Shown in pieces: positions 46,993 to 58,043 of a DNA stretch of 64,000 nucleotides (positions are counted from its first letter, which is position 1; each line of letters starts with the position of its first letter). Source of the stretch: Deltaproteobacteria bacterium (GTDB lineage Bacteria > Myxococcota_A > Polyangia > GCA-2747355 > JADLHG01); assembly GCA_020848905.1 (NCBI GenBank), contig JADLHG010000017.1, positions 15,429 through 79,428 on the forward strand. The letters are read 5' to 3'. The translations under genes were made by a program, and so were the position numbers. The notes under the pieces are model-generated. The model had not been told where the DNA came from and searched no databases. It was given only the letters and a program-made list of their open reading frames with translations.

Positions 46993-49900
46993 AGGCCGCG
47001 GTAGAGGCGCGCGAAGTCGTCGGAGACGGCGAAGAGCATGAGGCGCGCCAGGGTGGGGTTCTGCGTCACGTCGGCCGCGGCGAGCCCGGCGGCGCGGGCG
47101 AGCTCCTCGACGGCGACCTTGGGGCTCCGGCAGAGGAGCAGGCCGACCAGGTCGGCGCGTTGGCGCTCCGCGGCGCGGTAGCTGGCCCAGGTACCGGAGG
47201 TGAGACCGGGTCGAGGCGTGTCCTCGAGCTGCTTGCGCACCTTCCGGGGCAGGTGGCGGTGGAGCTGCTTGCGGAGCTGCTGCACCTCCTCGTCGTCGGG
47301 GCGCGGGTTCAACGCGGCGTCGAGCAGCGTGGAGAGGTCGGGGTCGCGCAGCTGCTCGAGGAGCGCGCCAGCGGTCGCGGCGCTCGCCAGCGCGCGGCCG
47401 ACCCAGAAGCGGTAGGCCGGTTCGCTGTGGGCGTCGACGAGCGCGGGGGCCAGGCGCACGGCGACCGGCTGCTGGCCCACGGTGACCGCGGCGCCCGGGC
47501 CGCTCCCGACGCTTACGGCGACCGGGCCGACGCCAAGGCAGGTCGCGAGCCGCGTCGCAGCAGCGACCGCCGGGTGGGTCGACGCGAGGGGGCGTCCCGC
47601 AGGTGGCGCGTAGAGGGGACCCAGGTGCGGCGCGAGCAGCTCGAGGACCTCACGCACCGCGCGGAGCTCGGAGGGTAGCGCGATGCGGGCCACGTCGAGC
47701 GCCCCCGGCGGGAGGACCGCCCCTTCGAGGGAGCGGGCGTGCAGCGCCTCCTCGGGGCCCGCGGCACCGAAGAAGTCGAGCAGGGACCCGGCGCTCGCCG
47801 CGAGCTCCGCGTTGCCGAGCGCGTTCTGGGCGGCGACGAGGCCCCGATAGGCCTCGAGGCGTCCCGGGTCGCGCTGCAAGAGTTTGCGGAAGACGGCCAC
47901 GGCGTTTTCGGACTCGCCTTGCGCGGCGAGAGCCTGACCGTAGAGGAGCTGAGCCTCCTCGTGGTGCGGTTCCGCGTGAAGCGTCTCGCGGAGGTACTCG
48001 AGCGCCCGCGCCGGCTGGCGCGTGTGTTCGAGAAGCAAGCGAGCCACGACGACCCGCAACGGCAGGGCGACCGAGGGGCGCGTGGTGTTCTTGAGCAGCG
48101 ACTCCCCGAGCTCCACGATGCGGGAGAGCTCGTCGCGGGCCCGGTAGGCCTGGAGCAGCTCGGCGAGGGCCGCGGGCTGCATGGCCGCCTGTGCCAGCGC
48201 CTCGGTCTCGTACTGGCGACGGAGGTCGTCGTCGCGGAGACCGCTGCGGGCCACCTCGGCGAGCTGGGACATGGCCCAGACCTGCACGCTGGAGTCGTCG
48301 TCGGCGGCCACCTGTTCGAGGAGCGCGCGCGCCTCGTCCCACTGACCCGAGACGGTGGCCAGCTCGACCATGAGCCGCTTCGCGCCGAGGTCCTGCGGCT
48401 GCTCCTCGATGGCCTGTTCGAGCACGCGCCGAGCCGTCTTCACGTCGTGGAGGTGTCGGAGCCAGACCTCCGCTTGCCGCAGCCGCGCCGTGTGGCGCTG
48501 GTGGGTCTCGGTCGCGACCTTGGCCAGCCGCTCGAGCACGACCGTCGCGTCGGACCAGCGCTGCGTGGCGCAATGCAGGTCCGCGAGGTCCGACAGCGCC
48601 CCCACGTCTTCCGGGCAGAGGGCCAGGTACTCGATGAGCTCGTTGATCGCGCGCGTGGGGTCGTCCAGGTCGTCGCGCAGGATGCGCGCGTGCAGTCGTA
48701 AGAGCTCGGCTCTCTCGCCGGCCTCGGGCGTGGCGCGAATACGGCGAATGTAGAGGCGCGAGAGCTCCGCGTAGTCCTGTCGCAGTCGGAGGAGCCGCTC
48801 GGCGCGGCCGAAGGCCTCCGCGTGGCCCGGCTGCTCGGAGAGGGGCTGGGCCAGGCTGGCCAGGGCGCGGGCCGTGTCGCCCAGGCGCTCGGCCCAGAGG
48901 TCGGCCGCCCGGAGGGCGCAGCTCGTGCGGTTCTCGCCGCTCGCGCTGGCCTTGGCGAGCTGGTCGCAGACCGTGGCGAGCTCGGGCCAGTTGGACTGCT
49001 CCTCGGCGAGCTCCGCGAGGAGGCGGAGGGCGGGGACCGACTGGTCGTCAAGCCGCAGGCACTCCCGTGCGACGCGCGCGGCGGCCTCCGGCTGCTTCGC
49101 CACCACGTACGCCGAGGCGGCCGAGACCAGCCGCTGCGTGCGAACCACCGGGTCGAGCTCTAGGGTGGCCTGGTCGATGAGGACGGCCGCGAGGTCGGCG
49201 TGGCGCCCCGCACGCCAGAGCAGCCGCTCGAGCGCCCACAGCGTGGCCGTGTCGTTCGGGCGGCGATCGTGCGCCGCCAGCGCGGCGTGGAGCGCGTCGG
49301 CAGGTTGCCCCTCGCCGAACTCCAGCAGCTGCGCCGCCTCCAGGAGCAGCGCCACCGCGAGGCCGTCGTCGTTCGCCGCGCGCCCGAGAGCACCCAGCCA
49401 CGCGGCGAGGTCGTCGGCGTGCAGGGTGCGCCGGACGCGCGTCAGATCGGCGGAGAGGCGCGCGCTGCCGAGGACCTGCGCCACGGTCGAATACAGGCCG
49501 AGGTCGGGGGGCTCGTGAAGGTAGAGCTCCCGAACGCGCGCCAGCTCCAGCTGGAGGTGCGCCCTCTCCTCGGTGCCGCGGGTTCGTGCGGCCTGCTCGA
49601 CGAGGTGCTGCGCCAGCTCGTCCCACCGCTCCTGCCGGCGGTAGATGCGGAGGAGTCCTTGGTGCGGGCTCGCCATCTCCGGATAGCGCTGGGCGGCCTC
49701 ACGATAGAGCTGCGTCGCTTGCGTCAGATCCTCCAGATGGAGCTCGGCCACCTCGGCCGCGCGGCAGAGGGCGTCCGCCGCGGAGAGCGGGTCCGTCGAG
49801 GCGACGGCGTAGCGGCGCAGCACCTCCACGAGCTCGCGCCACTGCCCCGCCGACCGCACCAGCGCCTCGACGGCAGAGAGCGCCGGCATGAGCCCCGGAT

Positions 49901-52475
49901 CGTGGGCGAGCGCGCGCGTGTAGGCCTCGACCGCGGCGGGAGCCTGCCCGAGGTGCTCCTGATAGATGCGCCCGATGCGGCACAGGATCGCCCCCGCATC
50001 GCGCCGATCGGGGTCCGTCTCGAGCTCGTGGCGATGGAGGTCGATGAGCTCCTGCCAGCGGCCCAGCCGGTAGTAGATACGCCCCGCGGCGCGGATGGCG
50101 GCCACGTTGCGTGGGTCCTGCGTCAGGACGTCCCGGTAGATGCGCAGGGCCCGGTCGGGCTCCTCCAGAACCATCTCGAGCAGGTCCGCTGCGCGCAGGC
50201 GTCGGGATTGGGCCTCGGTCGCGTCGGTCGTGTCGTCGGCCTGCGCGAGCAGAAGCGCCACGAGGTCGACGGCCCGGCCCGCCTTCTCGTAGAGAGGAAC
50301 GAGCCGCAGCGCGGCCGTCCGCGTCTGCTCGAGACCGCGAGCGCGTTCGAGCGTTTCGATCGCCCGGTCGAGGGCCTGCAAGGGTCCGGCCTGGAGTTGG
50401 GCCAGCTCGAGCAGCAGGTGGTGCCGCGACTTGGGGTCGGTGCTGAGCTCGACGCGCTGCTCGAGGAGCTCGGCGAGGTCGTCGTACCGGCCGAGCTCGC
50501 GGAGGAGCCGGATGAGGCCCCACGCCGCGAGGTGGAGCGTCGGATGGAGCTCGAGCGCGCGTCGGTAGTAGGTGAGCGCCTCTTCCGGTCGTGCTAGGCG
50601 CTGGGTCAGGATCTCCGCCAGCTCGACGCAGCGAACGGCGCGGGCCTCGGCCGACGCCGTGCCCTCGGTCTCGGGGGCGTGGATCGCGAGGAGCGCCTCC
50701 CAGTCGCCGCGGAAGCGGTGGAGCGCGCCGAGCGCCTGCAGGGCAGGGAGGTAGGTCGGCACCGCGGCGAGGGCCTCGCCGTAGGCCGCGATCGCGCCAT
50801 CCACGTCGTGCGCGCGGCTCTCCAGCAGCCATCCGATGCGCGTGAGCAAGGCCGCCCGGCCCTGCGGGTCGGTGACCAGTCCGACGAGGTGCCGAAGCGC
50901 GGCCACCTGGTCGCCGAGCCGCCCCTTCGCCTCGTAGACGTAGGTCAGCCGCTGGACCGCGGCCGGGTCGTCGGGGAGCGTGCGCGTGGCGCGGGCGAGA
51001 TCCTTGGCGGCGGCCTCGAGGTCGCCGGTTCTCTCGACGTGCAGCGCTCCGGCGCGCAGCAGCAGTCTCCCCTCGAGCGTCGCGTCGGAGACCTGCGCGG
51101 CGAGGCGTTCGACGGCGAGGCAGGTGGGGGCCGCGGCGTCGGCACGCTCGTGGAGGCTAACCAGCGCGAGGAGCGCCGGTACGTTGGTAGGGTCGGCCTC
51201 GACGGCTCGCGCGTAGGTAGCTTCGGCCTGGGCGCGCTGGCTCAGCCGCGCCTCGCGCACGCTGCCCGCCTGGTAGAGGTAGAGCGCGCGTTCCTCGGCG
51301 GAGGAGAGCACCTCCGCAAACTGCTCGAGCCGCAGCGCGGCTTCCTCGAAGTGCGCGAGCTCCAGGTGGAGTGCCGCGGCGCTCGAGAGCAAGGGGGCGG
51401 ATCCCGGGTCCAGCTCGAGAGCCCGCTCCACCAGCGCGAGGGCGCTGCGCGCGTCGTGGCGCCGGTACCGCAGGAGGGCCGCCGCTTCCTGGAGCACCGC
51501 GACGCGCGTCTGGGCCTCTCCGCCGAGGGCGGCCTCGCGTTCGCAGAGCTCGAAGGCCTCGTCCACCTCTCCCAGCCGGAGCATGGCCCGGCGCACGAGC
51601 GGTACGAGCCACGGGCTATCCGGCCGGAGCTCGAGCGCCGCGCGCAGGTGCGAGAGCACGAGCGGTCCCTCCGCGCCGGCGCGCTCGGCCGCCGCCGCCG
51701 CCTCGATCCACATGAGCCCGGCGTGCTCCGGTTGCGCCTCGGCCAGCGAGACCGCTTCAGCCAGGAAGAAGCGCCGCGTCAGCTCGAGGCGCGCCGCCTC
51801 GACGAGCGCAGGTTCCGTGGCCCGCGGCGCGGGGGTGGGGACGCGCTGCTCGCGCCGCAGTATCACTCTCGGTCGGGGCGCCAGTCGGTCGCCCGAGACG
51901 ATGCTCACCTCCTCGAGCAGATCCTCCCCTTCGAGGAGCTCGATCTCCTCGGCGCCGGTCAGCGAAAGGCTCAGCACGTCGTCTTCGGTGGGCGCCACGT
52001 CCTCGATCGGAGCACGCCCCGACTCGAGAGAGCCCGCGCCTCCTCCGGTGGCTCTCGCGGCGGATGGGGCGAGGATCGGTCGCGCTCCGCCCGGGAGGCC
52101 GAGCGGGCTCGCCCCCTTGATCGTGGGGGGACCCTTGCTGCTGCTGCGTCCCGTGCGCAGGCCGCCGGTGCGACCCGTCGCGTCTGCCCGCCCGCCGCCA
52201 CGCGCCGCCGCGTCGCCGCCGCGCCGGCCGGTCGCGTCCCCTCGCTGGCCCGGCTTGGCGGTGGTCTCCGCGTCCGCCTTGTCCGACGCAGCTTCGGCGC
52301 TCGAACGCCCGACGGTCCCGCTCGTCACCTCGCGCGTCTTGGGTCGACTCGCCGGGGCTCCCTCTGGCCGGGCCGCGGGAGACTGGCCGCTCTGCGTTTC
52401 GGTCGGCGGCTTGGGAGATACGCCGAGACGCTCCCTGAGCCCGCGAATGTCGTCGTCGCCGTTGCCGTTGGTCAT
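46968..52475 (-). CDS. giant tetratricopeptide-repeat protein (1835 aa) with basic disordered N-terminus
   Basis: Trimmed to ATG 52475. Dozens of 34-aa A-x-x-x-Y/L...A-L-x-x-x-P repeats (for example EALTYYRRALELHP and AVEAYTRALAHDPG). The C-terminal ~300 aa is not TPR. Confidence 0.85.
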   Translation of the reverse strand: MTNGNGDDDIRGLRERLGVSPKPPTETQSGQSPAARPEGAPASRPKTREVTSGTVGRSSAEAASDKADAETTAKPGQRGDATGRRGGDAAARGGGRADATGRTGGLRTGRSSSKGPPTIKGASPLGLPGGARPILAPSAARATGGGAGSLESGRAPIEDVAPTEDDVLSLSLTGAEEIELLEGEDLLEEVSIVSGDRLAPRPRVILRREQRVPTPAPRATEPALVEAARLELTRRFFLAEAVSLAEAQPEHAGLMWIEAAAAAERAGAEGPLVLSHLRAALELRPDSPWLVPLVRRAMLRLGEVDEAFELCEREAALGGEAQTRVAVLQEAAALLRYRRHDARSALALVERALELDPGSAPLLSSAAALHLELAHFEEAALRLEQFAEVLSSAEERALYLYQAGSVREARLSQRAQAEATYARAVEADPTNVPALLALVSLHERADAAAPTCLAVERLAAQVSDATLEGRLLLRAGALHVERTGDLEAAAKDLARATRTLPDDPAAVQRLTYVYEAKGRLGDQVAALRHLVGLVTDPQGRAALLTRIGWLLESRAHDVDGAIAAYGEALAAVPTYLPALQALGALHRFRGDWEALLAIHAPETEGTASAEARAVRCVELAEILTQRLARPEEALTYYRRALELHPTLHLAAWGLIRLLRELGRYDDLAELLEQRVELSTDPKSRHHLLLELAQLQAGPLQALDRAIETLERARGLEQTRTAALRLVPLYEKAGRAVDLVALLLAQADDTTDATEAQSRRLRAADLLEMVLEEPDRALRIYRDVLTQDPRNVAAIRAAGRIYYRLGRWQELIDLHRHELETDPDRRDAGAILCRIGRIYQEHLGQAPAAVEAYTRALAHDPGLMPALSAVEALVRSAGQWRELVEVLRRYAVASTDPLSAADALCRAAEVAELHLEDLTQATQLYREAAQRYPEMASPHQGLLRIYRRQERWDELAQHLVEQAARTRGTEERAHLQLELARVRELYLHEPPDLGLYSTVAQVLGSARLSADLTRVRRTLHADDLAAWLGALGRAANDDGLAVALLLEAAQLLEFGEGQPADALHAALAAHDRRPNDTATLWALERLLWRAGRHADLAAVLIDQATLELDPVVRTQRLVSAASAYVVAKQPEAAARVARECLRLDDQSVPALRLLAELAEEQSNWPELATVCDQLAKASASGENRTSCALRAADLWAERLGDTARALASLAQPLSEQPGHAEAFGRAERLLRLRQDYAELSRLYIRRIRATPEAGERAELLRLHARILRDDLDDPTRAINELIEYLALCPEDVGALSDLADLHCATQRWSDATVVLERLAKVATETHQRHTARLRQAEVWLRHLHDVKTARRVLEQAIEEQPQDLGAKRLMVELATVSGQWDEARALLEQVAADDDSSVQVWAMSQLAEVARSGLRDDDLRRQYETEALAQAAMQPAALAELLQAYRARDELSRIVELGESLLKNTTRPSVALPLRVVVARLLLEHTRQPARALEYLRETLHAEPHHEEAQLLYGQALAAQGESENAVAVFRKLLQRDPGRLEAYRGLVAAQNALGNAELAASAGSLLDFFGAAGPEEALHARSLEGAVLPPGALDVARIALPSELRAVREVLELLAPHLGPLYAPPAGRPLASTHPAVAAATRLATCLGVGPVAVSVGSGPGAAVTVGQQPVAVRLAPALVDAHSEPAYRFWVGRALASAATAGALLEQLRDPDLSTLLDAALNPRPDDEEVQQLRKQLHRHLPRKVRKQLEDTPRPGLTSGTWASYRAAERQRADLVGLLLCRSPKVAVEELARAAGLAAADVTQNPTLARLMLFAVSDDFARLYRGLWTTPAFA

Positions 52476-52575
52476 CCGCCCTCGCCTTGGCCCACCATCA
52501 TAGCAGACAGCCGCGGGGGATCGGCACCTCGGGGGGCCCCGGGCGATGGCGCACCGGACGCCCACGTGCGAGGCG

Positions 52576-53526
52576 CTACGCGCGCTGCTTCGCCGCCTGA
52601 TCGCGCAGCTTCTCGAAGAGGCGCCGCTGCTCGTCGGAGAGGCTGCGAGGGACGACGATCTTGATCTGCGCGTAGAGGTCGCCGTGCGTGCCGTCGCGCT
52701 TCGGCAGGCCCTTGCCGCGGAGCCGCAGGCGCACCCCCGAGGCCTGCCCGGCCGGGAGACTCATTTGCACCTCGCCGTCGAGCGTGGAGACCGCCACCTT
52801 GCCGCCGAGGGCCGCGTCCCAGGCGTCGACCGGCGTCTCCACCACCAGGTCGTCCCCCTCCACGCGAAAGCGCTCGTGCGGCGCGATCTTGATCGTCAGG
52901 TAGAGGTCGCCACGCGTCTCCCGTCCGCCGCCGAGCCCTTGCCCCGCGAGGCGGATCCTTTCCCCGTCGCGGATGCCCTTCGGGATCTTCACCTCGTAGC
53001 GCTTGCGGCCGGTGGGTCCGGTCAGCTCGATCGATCGTTTGGCGCCGTGGAAGGCGTCCTCGAGCTCGACGGTGACGGTGCTCTCGATGTCCTGGCCTGG
53101 TCGGGCTTCTGGCACCTCCTCGCCCCCTCCGCCTCCGAAGAGATCCTCGAGGCGTGGCCCGCGTCGCCCTCGCCGTGGGCGTCCGCCGAAGAGTGTTTCG
53201 AAGAAGTCCGAGAAGTCGGCTCCGCCGAAACCCCCCGGCGCGCCGCGCACGTCCCACTGCGCCCCGCCGTTGCGGAAGTCCGGCGGCGGCTCGAAGGGCG
53301 CACCGTGCTTCCAGTTCGATCCGAGGAGGTCGTAGCGCTTGCGCTTCTCGGGGTCCTTCAGCACCTCGTAGGCTTCGTTGACCTGCTTGAACTTGGACTC
53401 CGCGTCGCCGGCCTTGTTCAGATCGGGGTGGTACGTGCGCGCGAGTCGCTTGTAGGCCTTGGAGATCTCCTCGGGGGGCGCGTTGCGCTTGACCCCCAGG
53501 ACCTTGTAGTAGTCGACGAACTCCAT
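52576..53526 (-). CDS. cbpA: DnaJ-class co-chaperone without zinc finger (CbpA-like)
   Basis: [34 protein letters not shown] is a J domain with HPD. A G/F-rich linker and DnaJ C-terminal domains follow. There are no CxxCxGxG repeats. Confidence 0.9.
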   Translation of the reverse strand: MEFVDYYKVLGVKRNAPPEEISKAYKRLARTYHPDLNKAGDAESKFKQVNEAYEVLKDPEKRKRYDLLGSNWKHGAPFEPPPDFRNGGAQWDVRGAPGGFGGADFSDFFETLFGGRPRRGRRGPRLEDLFGGGGGEEVPEARPGQDIESTVTVELEDAFHGAKRSIELTGPTGRKRYEVKIPKGIRDGERIRLAGQGLGGGRETRGDLYLTIKIAPHERFRVEGDDLVVETPVDAWDAALGGKVAVSTLDGEVQMSLPAGQASGVRLRLRGKGLPKRDGTHGDLYAQIKIVVPRSLSDEQRRLFEKLRDQAAKQRA

Positions 53527-53554
53527 GTGCCGCGCTCCCGGGCGGCCCTGCGGA

Positions 53555-56146
<2,592 letters not shown>

Positions 56147-56197
56147 ACGATCCTCCATCGCCCCAGGGATCGTCGTCGTCCCCCGAGCCTCAGGACC

Positions 56198-56226
56198 AAC
56201 GTAGGCACGCTCTTTGCGCCGTCAAG
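56198..56226 (-). promoter_or_regulatory. candidate clpB promoter (CTTGAC-N-TACGTT; sigma70- or sigma32-like)
   Basis: The minus strand reads CTTGACGGCGCAAAGAGCGTGCCTACGTT, about 50 nt upstream of ATG 56146. The -35 half resembles the heat-shock CTTGAA. Confidence 0.3.
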
Positions 56227-56239
56227 CGGCCCGCGCTCC

Positions 56240-57943
56240 TCAGGTCGCCAGCTCCTCGAGGACCAGCTTCAGGCGGGCGGCCCTTTCGGTCTGTCCCATC
56301 AGCGCGGCGAGCTCGTGCTCTTCCTGGACGAGCTGGGTGAAGAGCGCGAGCTTCTCCTTGCCCGGGATGCGCTGCCGGTACTTCTGGCGGGCGGATGGCG
56401 TGGAGAGGAGGAGCATCGCCTCGTCCACGAGCTGCTGGATCTTGGCCGAGGCCGTCGGGTTGGCCTGGTGGGCTGGCGAGCCCGGTTGATGGTCCGCCAT
56501 ACGCCGATGGTAGGCGGGGATCAGCGTGTCCGGGTCGGCGGTGTAGGTCACGCCGAGGCGCTGAAAGGCGTCCTGCACCTCCACGGCGCTCAGGCGCTCC
56601 TGGACCGACTGCGCGGTGGGCGGCCCGCCCGTGTGCGGGTCGAGCGGCAGGTCGAGGGCTCCCCCGGCGATGAGCAGGTGCACGACGCGCATCGTCTTGG
56701 GGCGGCCGAGGACGCTCACCGTGATGGCCTGTCGCAGGGGTCGCAGGCCATCGAAGATGGTGTGGGCGATGCGGCGCGTCTTGTCGTCGGGCACGAGGAG
56801 CTTGAGCTCCTCCGCCGCGTCGGCGCGCAGCAGGGGGTAGCGATCGTTGTACGGCTCGAGGAGCACCTGGAGGTCCTCGAGCCGCGCGCTGCGCAGGATC
56901 TCCTGGGCCAGCTCGACCATCAGGCGAGGCACCGAGACGGGATGGTGCTCGCCCTGCGGCAGCACCCCGGCGGTGAAATCGAAGGTCGCGCCGCTCCAGC
57001 CGAAGAGATCCTGCAGGCGCCGGTAGGTCTGGTGCGCGAGGGCGTGGTTCAGCCGCGCGCTGTCGAGGACCCCCGAGTCCACCATGGCCTGCCCGAGCTG
57101 GGTGCGGTTCGTGCGGGCCCAGCGCATCACGTCCGCGAGCTTGTTCGGCGTGACCAGCTTGGCCTTGAGCAGGATTTGCCCGAGCTGCTCGTCCTCCTTC
57201 ACCGGCGAGACGGTCACCTTCATCGGCACGCCGTTGCGGAACCAGACCGTCTTGGTGAAGACCTCTCCGCGCACCGTGAGCTTGCCGCGCGCGCGGGAGT
57301 GGGCCAGGTAGCGCATCAGGTGCACGAGCGAGGCGCGTTCCGGCGGCGGCTGGGGCGGATGCGAGTCCACCAGACCCGCGAGCGCACCCAGGCCGAGGCG
57401 TCCCGCGAGCTGACCCTTGAGGGGCGGAATGGCGCCGAGCGCGGGGAACTCCCCCGACGGAGGAACGCGATCGAGCGTGCCGCTCCAGAGCGCTTGCCCC
57501 GAGGCCACCTCGACCGCGCCCGTCGGGGCGGACAGACGCTCCACGGCACCCGTGGGCGTGCGATCGGCCGGGGCGTGTCCCGGGTCGCGCGCGGCGGCTC
57601 CGGGGGTGGAGTCGTTCGCGCTCACGATGGGGAAGGTGCCCGATTCCTGAGGTCCCGGCGCCACTCCCGTGAGTTGGTCCGCCAGGCGGCGGAGCGCCGA
57701 CGCCACGTCGGCGGCCACCTGAAGCCCCACGAGCTGTCCCGCCTTGTGGACCACCTCGCCGTCGAAGGGCCCGAGGCGCCTCGTTTCGACGATCACCTCG
57801 AAGCGCAGGTGGCCACGAAGCGCCGGGATCGCGTCGGGCTGCTCGGTCTGGAAACAGAGCGCACCGATCTTCAGGTTGGGTGCCTCGTTCGCCAGCTCTT
57901 GGCGGTGGGCAAACCAGATGATGCCGTCCCGGTACCAGGCCAT
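56240..57943 (-). CDS. DUF4388 / GspE-N-like protein with C-terminal degenerate J domain (HPD replaced by HQP)
   Basis: Trimmed to ATG 57943. GKLTVRGEVFTKTVWFRNGVPMKV is DUF4388-like. LGQILLKAKLVTPNKLADVMRWAR...LGQAMVDSGVL is T2SE_Nter-like. FQRLGVTYTADPDTLIPAYHRRMADHQP...LSTPSARQKYR is J-like. Confidence 0.65.
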   Translation of the reverse strand: MAWYRDGIIWFAHRQELANEAPNLKIGALCFQTEQPDAIPALRGHLRFEVIVETRRLGPFDGEVVHKAGQLVGLQVAADVASALRRLADQLTGVAPGPQESGTFPIVSANDSTPGAAARDPGHAPADRTPTGAVERLSAPTGAVEVASGQALWSGTLDRVPPSGEFPALGAIPPLKGQLAGRLGLGALAGLVDSHPPQPPPERASLVHLMRYLAHSRARGKLTVRGEVFTKTVWFRNGVPMKVTVSPVKEDEQLGQILLKAKLVTPNKLADVMRWARTNRTQLGQAMVDSGVLDSARLNHALAHQTYRRLQDLFGWSGATFDFTAGVLPQGEHHPVSVPRLMVELAQEILRSARLEDLQVLLEPYNDRYPLLRADAAEELKLLVPDDKTRRIAHTIFDGLRPLRQAITVSVLGRPKTMRVVHLLIAGGALDLPLDPHTGGPPTAQSVQERLSAVEVQDAFQRLGVTYTADPDTLIPAYHRRMADHQPGSPAHQANPTASAKIQQLVDEAMLLLSTPSARQKYRQRIPGKEKLALFTQLVQEEHELAALMGQTERAARLKLVLEELAT

Positions 57944-58043
57944 GGCGGTCCGCAGGAGCTCGAGTAGAAGCCCCCTCGTACCATCAGGGTGCCGTGTTTT
58001 CCAGGGGAAAGGGGGAGGGCCGGTTGGGCCCCCGCCACGGCCC

